64,000 nucleotides of DNA. Origin: an uncultured Pseudomonadota bacterium (GTDB lineage Bacteria > Pseudomonadota > Alphaproteobacteria > Rhizobiales > Beijerinckiaceae). Each line of letters starts with the position of its first letter. Position 1 is the first letter of the stretch. Below are positions 21,206-33,941 of the stretch, one piece after another. The translations under genes and the position numbers were made by a program. Location: positions 63,485 through 127,484 of the forward strand of contig CAVZAL010000012.1 of the NCBI GenBank assembly GCA_963773245.1, written 5' to 3'. The notes under the pieces were generated by a model. That model saw only the letters and a program-made list of their open reading frames with translations. It searched no databases and was not told the DNA's origin.

Positions 21206-22678
21206 TTACGCCTTGGGGAACTCGAAGGCGACGAAGCGGGAGCCCTGCGCGGTCTTGATGAGCATCAGGACCGCCTTCTTGCCCTCCTGCTTGGCGTTCT
21301 GGATATTGGTCTTCACCTGACCCGGCGAGCTGACGGGCTTGCCCGCCACCTCCAGGATCACGTCGCCGGAGGCCACGCCTTTCGCGGCGGCCTGGCCCGT
21401 CGGGTCGACGTTGACGATCTCGACTCCCTTCCCGTGCTCGACCGGGGCGAGCTCGACGCCGAGCGTCAGGGCGCTCTTGGCTCCGGCGCCCTCATCCGCC
21501 GTGGCCACCTTGTCGCCGGGCAGCGAACCGAGGTTCACTTCGGCGGTCTTCTCCTGGCCGTCGCGGATGTAGGTCACGTTCGCCTTGTCGCCGGGCTTCA
21601 GCGAGCCGACCTTGCGGGTCAGGTCGCCGGCCGAGGCCACCGTCTCGTTGTTGAGCTTGACGATCACGTCGCCGGACTTCAGGCCGGCGCTTGCGGCGGG
21701 CGTGCCGGGCTGGGCCTGAGCCACCAGCGCGCCGTCGGTGGTCTTCAGGCCGAGGCTGTCGGCGATGTCCTGCGTTACCGGCTGGATCTCGACGCCGAGA
21801 TAGCCGCGATGCACGCCGCCATGCTCCAGTTCGCCGACGATCATGTCGACCGTCGAGGCGGGAATGGCGAAGCCGAAGCCGACGCTGCCGCCCGACGGCG
21901 AGAAGATGGCGGTGTTGACGCCGACGACCTCGCCCTTGAGGTTGAAGGTCGGGCCGCCAGAGTTGCCCTTGTTGATCGGCGCGTCGATCTGGATGAACTG
22001 GTCATAGGGGCCCGAGCCGATGTCGCGGCCTTCCGCCGAGACGATGCCGGCCGTCACCGTGCCGCCGAGGCCGAAGGGATTGCCGATCGCCAGCACCCAG
22101 TCGCCGATGCGCGGCAACGTCTTGGCGAATTTCACGTAAGGATAGTCCGAACCCTCGGTCATCTTCAGAACCGCGAGATCGGTCTTCGGGTCGGTCCCGA
22201 TCACCTTGGCCTTCACTTCCTTGCCGCTGTCGAGCGTCACGGTGACGGTCTTGCCGCCGTGCTCGACGACATGGTTGTTGGTGACGACATAGCCGTCGGC
22301 GGAGATGATGAAGCCGGAGCCGAGCGCGACGCCGTGGCGGACGATCGGCTTGCCGAAGTTGCCGCCGCCGAATTGCTGGAAGAATCGCCGCATCTCCGGC
22401 GGCAATTGGTCGGCGCCTTCGCTGTCGTCGGAGTCCGCGGCGGCTTCCTCGATATTCACTTTCACCGACACGACGGCGGGTTTCACTTTCGCGACGACGT
22501 CGGCGAAGGAGGGAGCGGCCGTGGCGGCGGAGGCCGGCGCCTCTATGGCGCCGGCCTGCGCAGTCGCTGCCGGCTGCATCGAAAAGGCGAAGACGCCGGA
22601 GGCGACGAGGGCGAGGGCGGCGGCGGAGGCGAACAGGGGTCGCCGGCTCGCAAAGGCATAGGGCTTATTGTCGAACAT
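21206..22678 (-). CDS. degP: HtrA/DegP (Do family) periplasmic serine endoprotease with two PDZ domains
   Basis: GSGFIIS..VVTNNHVV, TDLAVLK, GNPFGLGGTVTAGIVSA, IDAPINKGNSGGP. Confidence 0.93.
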   Translation of the reverse strand: MFDNKPYAFASRRPLFASAAALALVASGVFAFSMQPAATAQAGAIEAPASAATAAPSFADVVAKVKPAVVSVKVNIEEAAADSDDSEGADQLPPEMRRFFQQFGGGNFGKPIVRHGVALGSGFIISADGYVVTNNHVVEHGGKTVTVTLDSGKEVKAKVIGTDPKTDLAVLKMTEGSDYPYVKFAKTLPRIGDWVLAIGNPFGLGGTVTAGIVSAEGRDIGSGPYDQFIQIDAPINKGNSGGPTFNLKGEVVGVNTAIFSPSGGSVGFGFAIPASTVDMIVGELEHGGVHRGYLGVEIQPVTQDIADSLGLKTTDGALVAQAQPGTPAASAGLKSGDVIVKLNNETVASAGDLTRKVGSLKPGDKANVTYIRDGQEKTAEVNLGSLPGDKVATADEGAGAKSALTLGVELAPVEHGKGVEIVNVDPTGQAAAKGVASGDVILEVAGKPVSSPGQVKTNIQNAKQEGKKAVLMLIKTAQGSRFVAFEFPKA

Positions 22679-22817
22679 CTTCAGTCTCCGGTTGTTGGCG
22701 AACTGTGGATGCCGACAAGATAGGGAGCCGCCATGAGGGGGAGATGGCGCGGAAATTAATGTCCGTCCATGTGGTTAAGGCGCGTCGTCCGCCGTTTCCG
22801 GTTGCTTGCCGGAGGCT

Positions 22818-23042
22818 CTAGCGCTGGCGATTCGAAGGGGCGCGCGGAACGGGATCAGGGGGATATTCGGGCAGGCAGAAGTTGGGATAAAGCGGGCCTT
22901 CGCCGCGCCGCTGCCTGTCGCAGATCGCGTTCATCTCGCGAATGTGAGTGCTGGGGTCGCCCATGCCCCCGGCGGAGGCTTGCCCGAAAGGCAGCAGAGA
23001 GGCCGAAGCGGAGAGCAACGAAAGAAGCAGAAGTTTGGACAT
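22818..23042 (-). CDS. Small exported hypothetical protein (two Cys)
   Basis: MSKLLLLSLLSASASLLPFGQASA signal peptide, with GGAG RBS upstream of ATG 23042. Confidence 0.55.
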   Translation of the reverse strand: MSKLLLLSLLSASASLLPFGQASAGGMGDPSTHIREMNAICDRQRRGEGPLYPNFCLPEYPPDPVPRAPSNRQR

Positions 23043-23129
23043 GTCGTAGCTCCATTGCCCGGGGTCGCGCGGCTGCGCCGCGCACCGCATATGTAGACCA
23101 GCTGACCTATGTCGACCCCCGGGGCGATT

Positions 23130-23771
23130 TCAGGCGCGCCGGCGGTAAACCCCAATGGACAGCTCCGCCTCGCCCAGCGAGATCTGAATGCGGCTTTGGC
23201 GTTCCCACGCGGCGTCGCCGTCGAGTTTGGCGAACGCGCGACCCGGCGGCGTCAGTCGCCGCGCCCGCGCGCTCCACTCGTTGGAGATTACCAGACTTCC
23301 GGCCGGCGCGATCCTCCGGGCGCATTCCGCGAGGACCGCGTTCGTCTCGCGCGCCGACAAATAATAGAGAACGTCCGAGAACAGGCAGAGGTCGAACCCG
23401 TCGGCGGGAAATCCGTCGCGGATATCGGCGACGCAAAATTCTACGTGAGGCAAGGCGCGGCAATTCTCGCGCGCCCGTCGCACCGCCTCCGCCGACAGGT
23501 CGCAGGCGACCACGCGATCGGCGCGGCGAGCCAGCCGTTCGCTCAAGAACCCTTCCGCACAGCCGACCTCCAGCGCCGTCGCGAAACGCGCCTGAGGCAA
23601 AGCCGCCAGAATGGATTCGGCGCGGCGCTGGTGCATCGGCGAGGCGCGATAGCCCCATACGTCGGCGTCGCGCGACGCGTATCGCTCCGCGAAGTCCCCG
23701 GCGCTCCAGCCGCGTCCGGCGAGCCAAAGCCATTCTCGCCGCAACCGACGAAAGGCCAACATCGACGTCAC
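23130..23771 (-). CDS. SAM-dependent methyltransferase, NodS-like
   Basis: Y...DVWGY..S, ALEVGCAEG, VVACDLS, FDLCLFSDVLYYL. Confidence 0.8.
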   Translation of the reverse strand: MTSMLAFRRLRREWLWLAGRGWSAGDFAERYASRDADVWGYRASPMHQRRAESILAALPQARFATALEVGCAEGFLSERLARRADRVVACDLSAEAVRRARENCRALPHVEFCVADIRDGFPADGFDLCLFSDVLYYLSARETNAVLAECARRIAPAGSLVISNEWSARARRLTPPGRAFAKLDGDAAWERQSRIQISLGEAELSIGVYRRRA

Positions 23772-23824
23772 CGCTCAACATCGCGGATCTTGCAGATCCG
23801 CTGCGTAACGACTTCGCGAGGCGC

Positions 23825-23930
23825 CTAAGCAGGATTTCCGAAAAGTGGATGCCGGTTTTCGGATGAAAATCCTGCTAAATCAAAAACTCTAAGCAGACAT
23901 TCGTTGGCCTTCCAACGAATGTCTGCTTAG
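23825..23930. repeat. ~106-bp palindromic interspersed element (BRU-RS/MITE-like), copy 1
   Basis: CTAAGCAG...CTGCTTAG termini, TTCCGAAAAGTGGATGCCGGTTTTCGGA hairpin, perfect 19-bp stem at the 3' end. Near-identical to 40535-40642. Confidence 0.85.
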
Positions 23931-24188
23931 CGCGCCCGTCGCGTATCCATCAGCCGCAGGACGAACCAGACCGGCACGACCACCATCGCGCCCGTCAGCA
24001 GGATGCGGCCGAAATGGCGCAGGTCGGTGAGCCCGATATTCGATGACGTGGCGGACGAGCTCGACAAGCCGCCCGTAAATCGTCTCCGGCTCGAAGCCGA
24101 ACATCGCCAGGAGCAGGCCGACGACGAAGGAGACGACCAGCAGCCGCACCGCGACGGCGGGAAGCGATCCGCCGAGAAAGGCATTCAT
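23927..24188 (-). CDS. Small membrane protein (DUF6460-like), frameshifted
   Basis: [29 protein letters not shown] joined to [28 protein letters not shown]. Confidence 0.7.
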
Positions 24189-24263
24189 CGGGCTCTGCTC
24201 CGCGACATCCGCCCTGCGCTTGCAACGCCGATCCGGCCGCCTGGCGGCCGGATCGGCCGAGGC

Positions 24264-26918
<2,655 letters not shown>

Positions 26919-27072
26919 AAGCGAACTCCCCTATGGCCCGGCGCGCCCGCCCCGAAGCGACGAGGCGCCGTCCGCGAATCGCCGCGATCACGCGGCGTTG
27001 AAGAGGAATGTAGGGAGGGGGGGCGGGGGCGGAAGGGGAGCAAGCGGAAAGATCGCTCGGCTTTTGCGTCCT

Positions 27073-27480
27073 TTAGGCCGCCCAATCGACCGCATTGAGC
27101 CCCGGCACGCGCTCGAACTCCCTGAGATTGTGCGTGACCAGGATCGCGTCGCGACGGCGGGCCTGCGCGGCGATGAGGAGGTCATATGGGCCAATCTCGC
27201 GGCCCGACCTTCGCAGCCGCGCTCGAATATCTCCCGCTTCCGCCGCGTCGTCCGCATCGAACGGCACGACCTCGATCCCGGCGCCGACGAACGCGTCGAG
27301 CACGCGGGAGTTTTCTTCGCGGCGCACGCTGTTGGCGGCGCCGAAGCGCAGTTCGAAAAGGGCAATGCTGGAAAGTAGCGGTTTGAGGTTGCCCGACCGC
27401 GCCTCGGCATATCGCCGCCGCACTTGCGGACGGCGAGTCCCGAGCAGGTCGATCACGACATTCGTGTCGAGGAAAATCAC
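27073..27480 (-). CDS. vapC: VapC-family PIN-domain toxin
   Basis: FLDTNVVI, ELRFGA, IGPYDLLIAAQA, LVTHNLREFERVPGL. Confidence 0.92.
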   Translation of the reverse strand: MIFLDTNVVIDLLGTRRPQVRRRYAEARSGNLKPLLSSIALFELRFGAANSVRREENSRVLDAFVGAGIEVVPFDADDAAEAGDIRARLRRSGREIGPYDLLIAAQARRRDAILVTHNLREFERVPGLNAVDWAA

Positions 27481-27749
27481 GAAGCCGATCCGTCGAAATC
27501 CACCACTTCGTCGAGATCGGGCCGCAGATCCTCATCGCTCACATTGGGGAACGGAATCCCGCCCGAAAGCGCGTCGATCCGGGCGAAGAACGCCTCGGCG
27601 TCGAACTCCGTGTTGGGACCAATGGGCTCCAAAAGCACTGCGTCGCCGACGCGGCTCACCTTGACCTCCTTGCCGGGAAGCCGGAACTCCTTGGGCAGCC
27701 GGACGGCCTGACTGCGGCCGTGCTGGAAAATCTTTGCGGTGGCCGTCAT
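27477..27749 (-). CDS. vapB: VapB/VagC (AbrB-fold) antitoxin
   Basis: TAKIFQHGRSQAVRLPKEFRL..V.VSRVGDAVLLEP. Overlaps vapC by 4 bp. Confidence 0.9.
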   Translation of the reverse strand: MTATAKIFQHGRSQAVRLPKEFRLPGKEVKVSRVGDAVLLEPIGPNTEFDAEAFFARIDALSGGIPFPNVSDEDLRPDLDEVVDFDGSAS

Positions 27750-27763
27750 CGGCTCCTCGGCGA

Positions 27764-27789
27764 TGGTATCTACCAGGCAATAGATACCA
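27764..27789. promoter_or_regulatory. Probable VapBC autoregulatory operator
   Basis: Perfect 9-bp inverted repeat TGGTATCTA-N8-TAGATACCA, about 15 bp upstream of the vapB start. Confidence 0.7.
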
Positions 27790-27901
27790 CAGGTCGAGCT
27801 ATACTTCCAGGTTCCGCTCAAGTACGCCAAGAAGTTATGCTCAATAACTAATTGCCCCTTCGTCCGCCTCGCGCTATCCTCTCGCCAACGGAGGAGCCCC
27901 C

Positions 27902-28777
27902 ATGAACATCGACGATCTCGTCGCCATCGACGTCCACACCCACGCCGAGGTCTCCTGCCGCCAGCCGGGGACGGACCCGTTCTGGGAGCCGTTCGAGACG
28001 GCGGCGAGCAAATATTTCAAGGTCGGCAAGCGGCCGACCATCGCCGAGACGCTCGCCTTCTATCGCGAGAAGAAGATCGGCCTCGTCATGTTCACCGTCG
28101 ATTCCGAGTTCCAGATCGGCAACCGCCGCATTCCCAACGAGGAAATCGTCGACGCCGCGCGCGACAATGCCGACATCATGATCGCCTTCGCCTCCATCGA
28201 CCCGCACAAGGGGGTGATGGGCGCGCGCGAGGCGCGCGACCTCATCGAGGGCGGCATCGTCAAGGGCTTCAAGTTCCATCCGACCTGCCAGGGCTTCTTC
28301 CCCAACGACCGCATGGCCTACAAGCTCTATGAGGTCATCGCCGAATATAAGCTCCCCGCCATCTTCCACACCGGCCATTCCGGCATGGGCACGGGACTGC
28401 GCGGCGGCGGCGGCTTGAGGCTCAAATATTCGCAGCCCATCCATATCGACGACGTCGCCGTCGACTTCCCCGACATGACGATCATCATGGCCCACCCCTC
28501 CTGGCCCTGGACGGACGAGGCTTTGTCGATCGCGCTGCACAAGTCGAACGTCTACATCGACCTCTCGGGCTGGATGCCCAAATATTTCCCGCCGCAGCTC
28601 GTGCAATACGCCAACACGCAGTTGCGCGAGAAAATGCTGTTCGGCTCGGATTTCCCGCTCATCTCGCCCGACCGCTGGATCGCCGATTTCGAGAAGGCGC
28701 CGTTCAAGCCGGAGGTGCGCCCGCTGATCCTCAAGGAAAACGCCATCCGGGCGCTGGGCTTGCGCAAGGCGGCGTAA
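27902..28777 (+). CDS. Amidohydrolase_2 family protein (CouO-like hydroxyphenyl-beta-ketoacyl-CoA hydrolase type)
   Basis: IDVHTH, GFKFHP, IFHTGHSG.G.G..GGGG.RLKYS.P, MAHPSWPW, IDLSGWMPKYF, LFGSDFP. Confidence 0.85.
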   Translation: MNIDDLVAIDVHTHAEVSCRQPGTDPFWEPFETAASKYFKVGKRPTIAETLAFYREKKIGLVMFTVDSEFQIGNRRIPNEEIVDAARDNADIMIAFASIDPHKGVMGAREARDLIEGGIVKGFKFHPTCQGFFPNDRMAYKLYEVIAEYKLPAIFHTGHSGMGTGLRGGGGLRLKYSQPIHIDDVAVDFPDMTIIMAHPSWPWTDEALSIALHKSNVYIDLSGWMPKYFPPQLVQYANTQLREKMLFGSDFPLISPDRWIADFEKAPFKPEVRPLILKENAIRALGLRKAA

Positions 28778-28786
28778 CGGCGCCCG

Positions 28787-29317
28787 TCAGGCCGGCCACA
28801 TGCGCGCCAGCACGCCGTCGCGCCGCACCAAGCCGTGCCAAAGCGCGGCCAGAACATGGGCGGTCAGCAGCGCGCCGATCGCCAGCGCGAAGACATAGTG
28901 AACTTGGCCCGCGCCGGCGTCGACCTGCTCGCTTCGCGCGACGAGGCTCGGAACGGGAAACAGGCCGAACCACTTGAACCCGTGTCCGCCGGCCATGGAA
29001 TGCACATAGCCGCTGACGGGCAGGGCGACCATCGCCACATAAAGCAGCCCGTGCGCCGCGCTCGCGGCCATGTGGTTGAGCCGCCCTAGCGGCGGCCGAT
29101 AGGGCGGCGTCCGCGAGGCGAGCCGCACCATCGCGCGCAGCCCGACCAGCGCGAGGGCGGTCAATCCGAGCGACTTGTGGATGTCCAGGATCTCCACCCG
29201 CGGATGCGTCCCGCGCGGCAGGAAGGTCGCCCAGACGCCGAGGCCGATGGCTGCGAAGATGATCGCCGCCATCAACCAATGCAGCGCGCGCAGCGGCGCG
29301 GAATAGGATTCGGCCAT
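28787..29317 (-). CDS. Cytochrome b561 (YceJ/CybB-like)
   Basis: LHWLMA, HKSLGL, AHGLLY..LPVSG, HVLAALWH heme-ligand pattern. Confidence 0.88.
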   Translation of the reverse strand: MAESYSAPLRALHWLMAAIIFAAIGLGVWATFLPRGTHPRVEILDIHKSLGLTALALVGLRAMVRLASRTPPYRPPLGRLNHMAASAAHGLLYVAMVALPVSGYVHSMAGGHGFKWFGLFPVPSLVARSEQVDAGAGQVHYVFALAIGALLTAHVLAALWHGLVRRDGVLARMWPA

Positions 29318-29359
29318 ACCCTGAGCCCTCGCGCGCGAAGGCGTCCGAATTGCGACGCC

Positions 29360-30385
29360 TCAGGCCTTCTGCGCCTCCTCCATCGCGAGCCTGGCCATCA
29401 GCGGGACGCCTGCGCCCATCTTGAGGCCGCGCTGCGGGTTGGAGGCGTTGCCGTCGAGCGCGCGCTTGTAGACGCCCTGCACGATCGCCGCGATGCGGAA
29501 GAAGCTGAAGGCGATGAGGAAGGGCCAGTGCGGCACCCCGTCGATGCCGGTGCGACGGCAGTACGCCGCGACATAGTCCTCGTCCGAGGGAATGCCGAGC
29601 GCGGCGCGGTCGAGACCGGCCAGGCCCCGGAAATCGCCGGCGTTCGGCAGCCGCCATTGCATGCACTGATAGGCGAGGTCGGCGAAGGGATGGCCGAGCG
29701 TCGACAGCTCCCAGTCGAGCACCGCCAGCAGCTTCGGCGAGTCGTGAGCGAAGATCATGTTGTCGATGCGGAAGTCGCCATGAACCAGCGACACGCGCCC
29801 GTCGTCCGGCGGCATGTTGGCGCAAAGCCAGTCGATGAGCCGGTTCATGTCCGGGATCGTCTCGGTCTCGCTCAAGCGGTATTGCTCGGTCCATCGCTGC
29901 GTCTGGCGGGCGAAGTAATTGCCGGGCTTGCCGAAGTCCGAGAGACCCGCCGCGGCTGTGTCGATCAAATGAAGCTGCGCCAGCCCCTGGTTCATGGAAT
30001 CGTAGACGCCGGCGCGCTCCTGCGGGTTGGACTCCGCAAGGCCGGGGTCCCAGAAGATGCGGCCCTCGACATGCGCCATCAGATAGAACACCGAGCCCGC
30101 GACGCTCTCGTCCTCGCAGAGCGCCAGCGCCTTGGGCGCGGGGAAGCCGGCCTTCTCCAGCGCGCGCAGCACGCGGAACTCGCGCTCCACCATATGCGCG
30201 CTCTTCAGCAGCTTGCCGCGCGGCTTGCAGCGCAGCACATAGGCCTTTGTCGGCGTCTCGATCCGGTAGGTCGGGTTTGACTGGCCGGTTGGATATTTGA
30301 TCGCCTTCGAGGGGCCGGCGTAGCCCTCCACATGCTGAGCCGCCCAGGCGTCGAGACGGCTCGTGTCCTCGGGAAACTCGCTCAA
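29360..30385 (-). CDS. APH/choline-kinase-like phosphotransferase (ACAD10/11 kinase type)
   Basis: GQSNPTY, SAHMVEREFRVL, LVHGDFRIDN, LDWELSTLGHPFADLAY. TTG start overlaps the ACAD stop. Confidence 0.88.
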   Translation of the reverse strand: MSEFPEDTSRLDAWAAQHVEGYAGPSKAIKYPTGQSNPTYRIETPTKAYVLRCKPRGKLLKSAHMVEREFRVLRALEKAGFPAPKALALCEDESVAGSVFYLMAHVEGRIFWDPGLAESNPQERAGVYDSMNQGLAQLHLIDTAAAGLSDFGKPGNYFARQTQRWTEQYRLSETETIPDMNRLIDWLCANMPPDDGRVSLVHGDFRIDNMIFAHDSPKLLAVLDWELSTLGHPFADLAYQCMQWRLPNAGDFRGLAGLDRAALGIPSDEDYVAAYCRRTGIDGVPHWPFLIAFSFFRIAAIVQGVYKRALDGNASNPQRGLKMGAGVPLMARLAMEEAQKA

Positions 30386-31617
30386 CGTTCGCCGCCTTCG
30401 TTGCTGTAGCGCTTCAGCTCCGCCTTCGAGATGACGCGGCGATGCACGGCGTCCGGCCCGTCGGCGAGGCGCAGCGTGCGCACGCTCGTCCACATGCGCG
30501 CGAGCGGGAAATCCTGGCTGACGCCCGCCCCGCCGTGCATCTGCACGGCCTGGTCGATCACTTCGAGCGCCATGCGCGGCGCCACCACCTTGATCTGAGA
30601 GATGAGCGGGGCGGCGGCGCGGTTGCCCATCGTGTCCATCGCCCAGGCGGCTTTCAGGCAAAGCAGCCGCGCCATTTCGATGCTCATGCGCGCCTCCGCG
30701 ATGATGTCGCGGTTCGCGCCGAGCTGGGCGAGCTTCTGGCCGAACGCCTCGCGCGACATCGACCGTCGGCACATGGCTTCCAGCGCCCGCTCGGCCTGAC
30801 CGATGGCGCGCATGCAATGGTGGATGCGCCCCGGCCCGAGCCGCCCCTGCGCGATCTCGAAGCCCTTGCCGCGCCCGAGGATCAGCGCGTCCTTCGGCAC
30901 GCGGACGTTGTCGAAGCGGATGTGCAGATGGCCGTGCGGCGCATCGTCGGCGCCATAGACCTGCATGGCGCGCAGCTTCGTGATGCCGGGCGTGTCGGCG
31001 GGGATGAAGAACATCGAGTGGCGGGCGTGCTTGGCCGCGTCGGGGTCGGTCAGGGCCATCGTCACATAGACCGCGCAGCGCGGATCGCCGGCGCCGGAGG
31101 ACCACCATTTCTCGCCGTTGAACACCCAATGGTCGCCGTCGAGCTTGGCGCTCATCGCGATATTGGTGGCGTCGGAGGAGGCGACGCCGGGCTCGGTCAT
31201 CAGATAAGCCGAGCGGGTCTTGCCGGCGAGCAGATCGGGCAGCCAGCGCGCCTTGTGCTCGGGCGAGCCGTAGCGTTCGATCACCTCCATGTTGCCGGTG
31301 TCGGGCGCGGAGCAGTTGAAGACCTCGGAGGCGATCGAAGACCAGCCCATTTCCTCGGCGAGATAGGCGTATTCCACGGTCGTGAGGCCATAGCCCTTGT
31401 CGGAGCCGGTGAGCCAGAAATTCCACAGGCCCTTCGACCGCGCCCTGGCCTTCAGGCCCTCCATGATCTCGGTCATCCGGGGCGTATATTTGAAACGGTC
31501 GCCGGCCTTGCCGACTTCCGCTTCGTATTCGTGCTCCACGGGGATGATCTCGTCGCGCACCATCGCGCGCACGGCCGATACAAGCGGGCGAACTTTGTCG
31601 GTGACGCCGAGATCCAT
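30382..31617 (-). CDS. Acyl-CoA dehydrogenase (ACAD10/11-like)
   Basis: FNCSAPDTGNMEV, MTEPGVASSDATN, NGEKWWSSGAG, AQGRLGPGRIHHCMR, RTLRLADGPDAVH. Confidence 0.93.
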   Translation of the reverse strand: MDLGVTDKVRPLVSAVRAMVRDEIIPVEHEYEAEVGKAGDRFKYTPRMTEIMEGLKARARSKGLWNFWLTGSDKGYGLTTVEYAYLAEEMGWSSIASEVFNCSAPDTGNMEVIERYGSPEHKARWLPDLLAGKTRSAYLMTEPGVASSDATNIAMSAKLDGDHWVFNGEKWWSSGAGDPRCAVYVTMALTDPDAAKHARHSMFFIPADTPGITKLRAMQVYGADDAPHGHLHIRFDNVRVPKDALILGRGKGFEIAQGRLGPGRIHHCMRAIGQAERALEAMCRRSMSREAFGQKLAQLGANRDIIAEARMSIEMARLLCLKAAWAMDTMGNRAAAPLISQIKVVAPRMALEVIDQAVQMHGGAGVSQDFPLARMWTSVRTLRLADGPDAVHRRVISKAELKRYSNEGGER

Positions 31618-31701
31618 GCTTTCCTCCCTAGGGCTCGGCCGCGTTATGGCGCGGAATCGCCGGAGCCGGCAAGTTGGGGTTTGACCGGAATCCGCGCATC
31701 C

Positions 31702-32106
31702 TCACATCGGCGGCCAGCGCTCGAACTGTCTCATGCCTTCGGGGATATTGTGGTAGGGCTGCTTGTCGGCGACCTGGATCGCGACGCGCGGCTTGAACGA
31801 CGAGGGGTCGTCCAGCGCGCCAACCTTCACGATCACGAAGGGCCAGTTCGCGTTGCGCGTCGCCAGATGCGTGCCGCAATCCGGGCAGAATTCGCGCGTC
31901 ACCGCGTTGGGAGCGCCTTCGCGCGTGAACGTCTTGGGCGCGCCTTCGGTGTAGCCGAAGCTGTCGACCGGCATGGCGAGAAAATTGTTGGGCGCGCCGC
32001 CGGAGACATATTGGCACTCGCGGCAGTAGCACTGCCCCTTCATGAGCGGCTCGCCGTTGGCTTCGAAGCGCACCCGCCCGCAATAGCAATGTCCGGTCAG
32101 TGGCAT
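31702..32106 (-). CDS. GFA family (Zn-binding) protein
   Basis: GHCYCGRV, CYCRECQ, REFCPDCGT. Confidence 0.88.
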   Translation of the reverse strand: MPLTGHCYCGRVRFEANGEPLMKGQCYCRECQYVSGGAPNNFLAMPVDSFGYTEGAPKTFTREGAPNAVTREFCPDCGTHLATRNANWPFVIVKVGALDDPSSFKPRVAIQVADKQPYHNIPEGMRQFERWPPM

Positions 32107-32207
32107 TTCCGATCCTTCCCAGGGACGCCGGCTGGCCGCCGGCGCTTGAATGTTAGCTTGGGCGCCGGGGCTTGGGAACGGGGCGGACGGCTTTCGGGCT
32201 TGCCGGT

Positions 32208-32675
32208 CTAAAGCCCCAGATCGCTCAGGGAGGGATGATCGTCCGGTCGCCGGCCGAGCGGCCAGCGAAACAGGCGGTCGGTCTCCTTGAGCGGCAGATC
32301 GTTGATGCTGGCGAAGCGGCGGCGCATCAGGCCGTTCGCCTCGAACTCCCAGTTCTCGTTGCCGTAGGAGCGGAACCAGAAGCCGCCGTCGTCACGCCAC
32401 TCATAGGCGAAGCGCACCGCGATGCGGTTGTCGCGGAACGCCCACAATTCCTTGATGAGCCGGTAGTCGAGCTCGCGCGCCCATTTGCGCGTCAGGAACT
32501 GCTGCACCTGATCGCGCCCGACCGGGAATTCCGCGCGGTTCCGCCAGACCGTGTCCGGCGTGTAGACCTGGACGACGCGCGCGGGATCGCGGCTGTTCCA
32601 GGCGTCCTCGGCCATGCGGACCTTCTGGATCGCGCTCTCTTCGGTGAAGGGCGGCAGGGGAGGCTTCGTCTCCAT
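32208..32675 (-). CDS. DUF1348 / SnoaL-like NTF2 protein
   Basis: [51 protein letters not shown]. Confidence 0.9.
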   Translation of the reverse strand: METKPPLPPFTEESAIQKVRMAEDAWNSRDPARVVQVYTPDTVWRNRAEFPVGRDQVQQFLTRKWARELDYRLIKELWAFRDNRIAVRFAYEWRDDGGFWFRSYGNENWEFEANGLMRRRFASINDLPLKETDRLFRWPLGRRPDDHPSLSDLGL

Positions 32676-32678
32676 GCT

Positions 32679-33162
32679 TCATTCTCCTCCGGCCAAAGCC
32701 GCCAGCGCCTCGCCGTCGAGGCGGCAAAGCCGCCAGTCTTCGGCCAGTCGGGCGCCGAGCGAGCGGTAGAAGTCGATCGCCGGCCGGTTCCAGTCCAGCA
32801 CCACCCATTCCATCCGCGGCCAGCCGCGCTCCGTACATTCGCGCGCGAGCTTCGCCAGCAAGCGCCCGGCCGATGCCCCGTCCGCGAAAGGCGGGGCGCA
32901 CGTAGAGGTCTTCGAGATAGAGGCCGTTGCGGCCGCGGAAGGTCGAGAAATTGGCGAACCAAAGCGCCTGGCCCGCGACCTCGCCGTCCCATTCCGCGAT
33001 GTCGCAGCGCGTCGAAGCGCCAGGCGCGAACAGCGCCTCCTCGACCATCGCCTCGGTCGCGTCGACATTGTCGGCGAGCTTCTCGTATTCGGCGAGCTCG
33101 CGGATCAGCGACAGGACAAGGCCGCCCTCGCCGGGCTCAGCCGGGCGGATGCGGAGCGCCAT
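32679..33162 (-). CDS. GNAT acetyltransferase (SSAT-like), one frameshift
   Basis: IRELAEYEKL, NFSTFRGRNGLYLEDLYVRPAFRGRGIG, then RMEWVVLDWNRPAIDFYRSLGA. Confidence 0.87.
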
Positions 33163-33163
33163 C

Positions 33164-33496
33164 TCAATGCCCTCCGGCTTTGGAGAAAAAGTTGATCACC
33201 ATCACGCCGGCCGAGATCAACGCCAGCCCGACGACGGCGGGCAGATCCAGCGGCTGGCGTCCCCAGATCCAGGCGACCAGCGTGATGAGCACGATGCCGA
33301 GGCCCGACCACAGGCCGTAGACGACGCCCGTCGGCATGACCTGCAACACCAGCGAGAGCAGATAGAAGGCCGCCCCATAGCCGACGACGACGACGACGCC
33401 GGGGCCGAGGCGAGTGAAGCCGGCCGAGCGGGCGAGCGCCGTGGTCGCGGCGACTTCGGCGACGATGGCGGCGGCGAGCAGCAGATAGCGCGTCAT
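33164..33496 (-). CDS. SMR/EmrE-family small multidrug efflux protein
   Basis: 110 aa, four TMs, AIVAEVAATTAL, YGLWSGLG. Confidence 0.88.
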   Translation of the reverse strand: MTRYLLLAAAIVAEVAATTALARSAGFTRLGPGVVVVVGYGAAFYLLSLVLQVMPTGVVYGLWSGLGIVLITLVAWIWGRQPLDLPAVVGLALISAGVMVINFFSKAGGH

Positions 33497-33506
33497 GCCG
33501 GCGCGC

Positions 33507-33935
33507 TCACGCGAACCGCTTCATCAGCCAAATGCGGTCGAAGCCCGGGGGAAAATCGGTCAGCCGCCCGAATTCGCGATAGCCCTGCTTGGCGTAGAAC
33601 TGCGGCGCCTGGAAGCTGAACGTGTCGAGATAGGCGCCTCGGCAACCGCTGGCGCGCGCCTCCGCCTCGACGGCGTCGAGGAGCCGCGAACCCTCGCCGC
33701 GCCGGCGCCAGGGTTCGGCGACCCAAAGCCAATTGACGAACAGCCATTCGAAGACAGTGATGTAACGCACGCCGCCCTGGACGACGCCCGCCTCGTCGCG
33801 GCCGACGAGGAAGCGCGGCCGCCAGTCCGCATCGGCCCGGAAGCCGGCGTTATACGAATTCAGCCCGTCCTCGATCGCGCGGATAGTCTCGGCCGCCGGC
33901 TCGATCTCGTGGGTCAGACGGAGCGAAGCCGGCAA
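33507..33935 (-). CDS. GNAT acetyltransferase
   Basis: LWVAEPWRRRGEGSRLL, LDTFSFQAPQFYAKQGY. Confidence 0.87.
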   Translation of the reverse strand: MPASLRLTHEIEPAAETIRAIEDGLNSYNAGFRADADWRPRFLVGRDEAGVVQGGVRYITVFEWLFVNWLWVAEPWRRRGEGSRLLDAVEAEARASGCRGAYLDTFSFQAPQFYAKQGYREFGRLTDFPPGFDRIWLMKRFA

Positions 33936-33941
33936 GGCGCC

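Noticed and set aside
21187-21215. 14-bp direct repeat CGCGTTACGCCTTG at the degP stop as an insertion scar
   Set aside because: A local micro-duplication with no associated element.
23130-23771. Nodulation gene nodS implying symbiosis
   Set aside because: No nod cluster or nod box nearby, and NodS-like methyltransferases are widespread.
27073-27789. vapBC as part of a defence island or prophage
   Set aside because: A solitary canonical TA pair between housekeeping genes, with no phage or defence neighbours.
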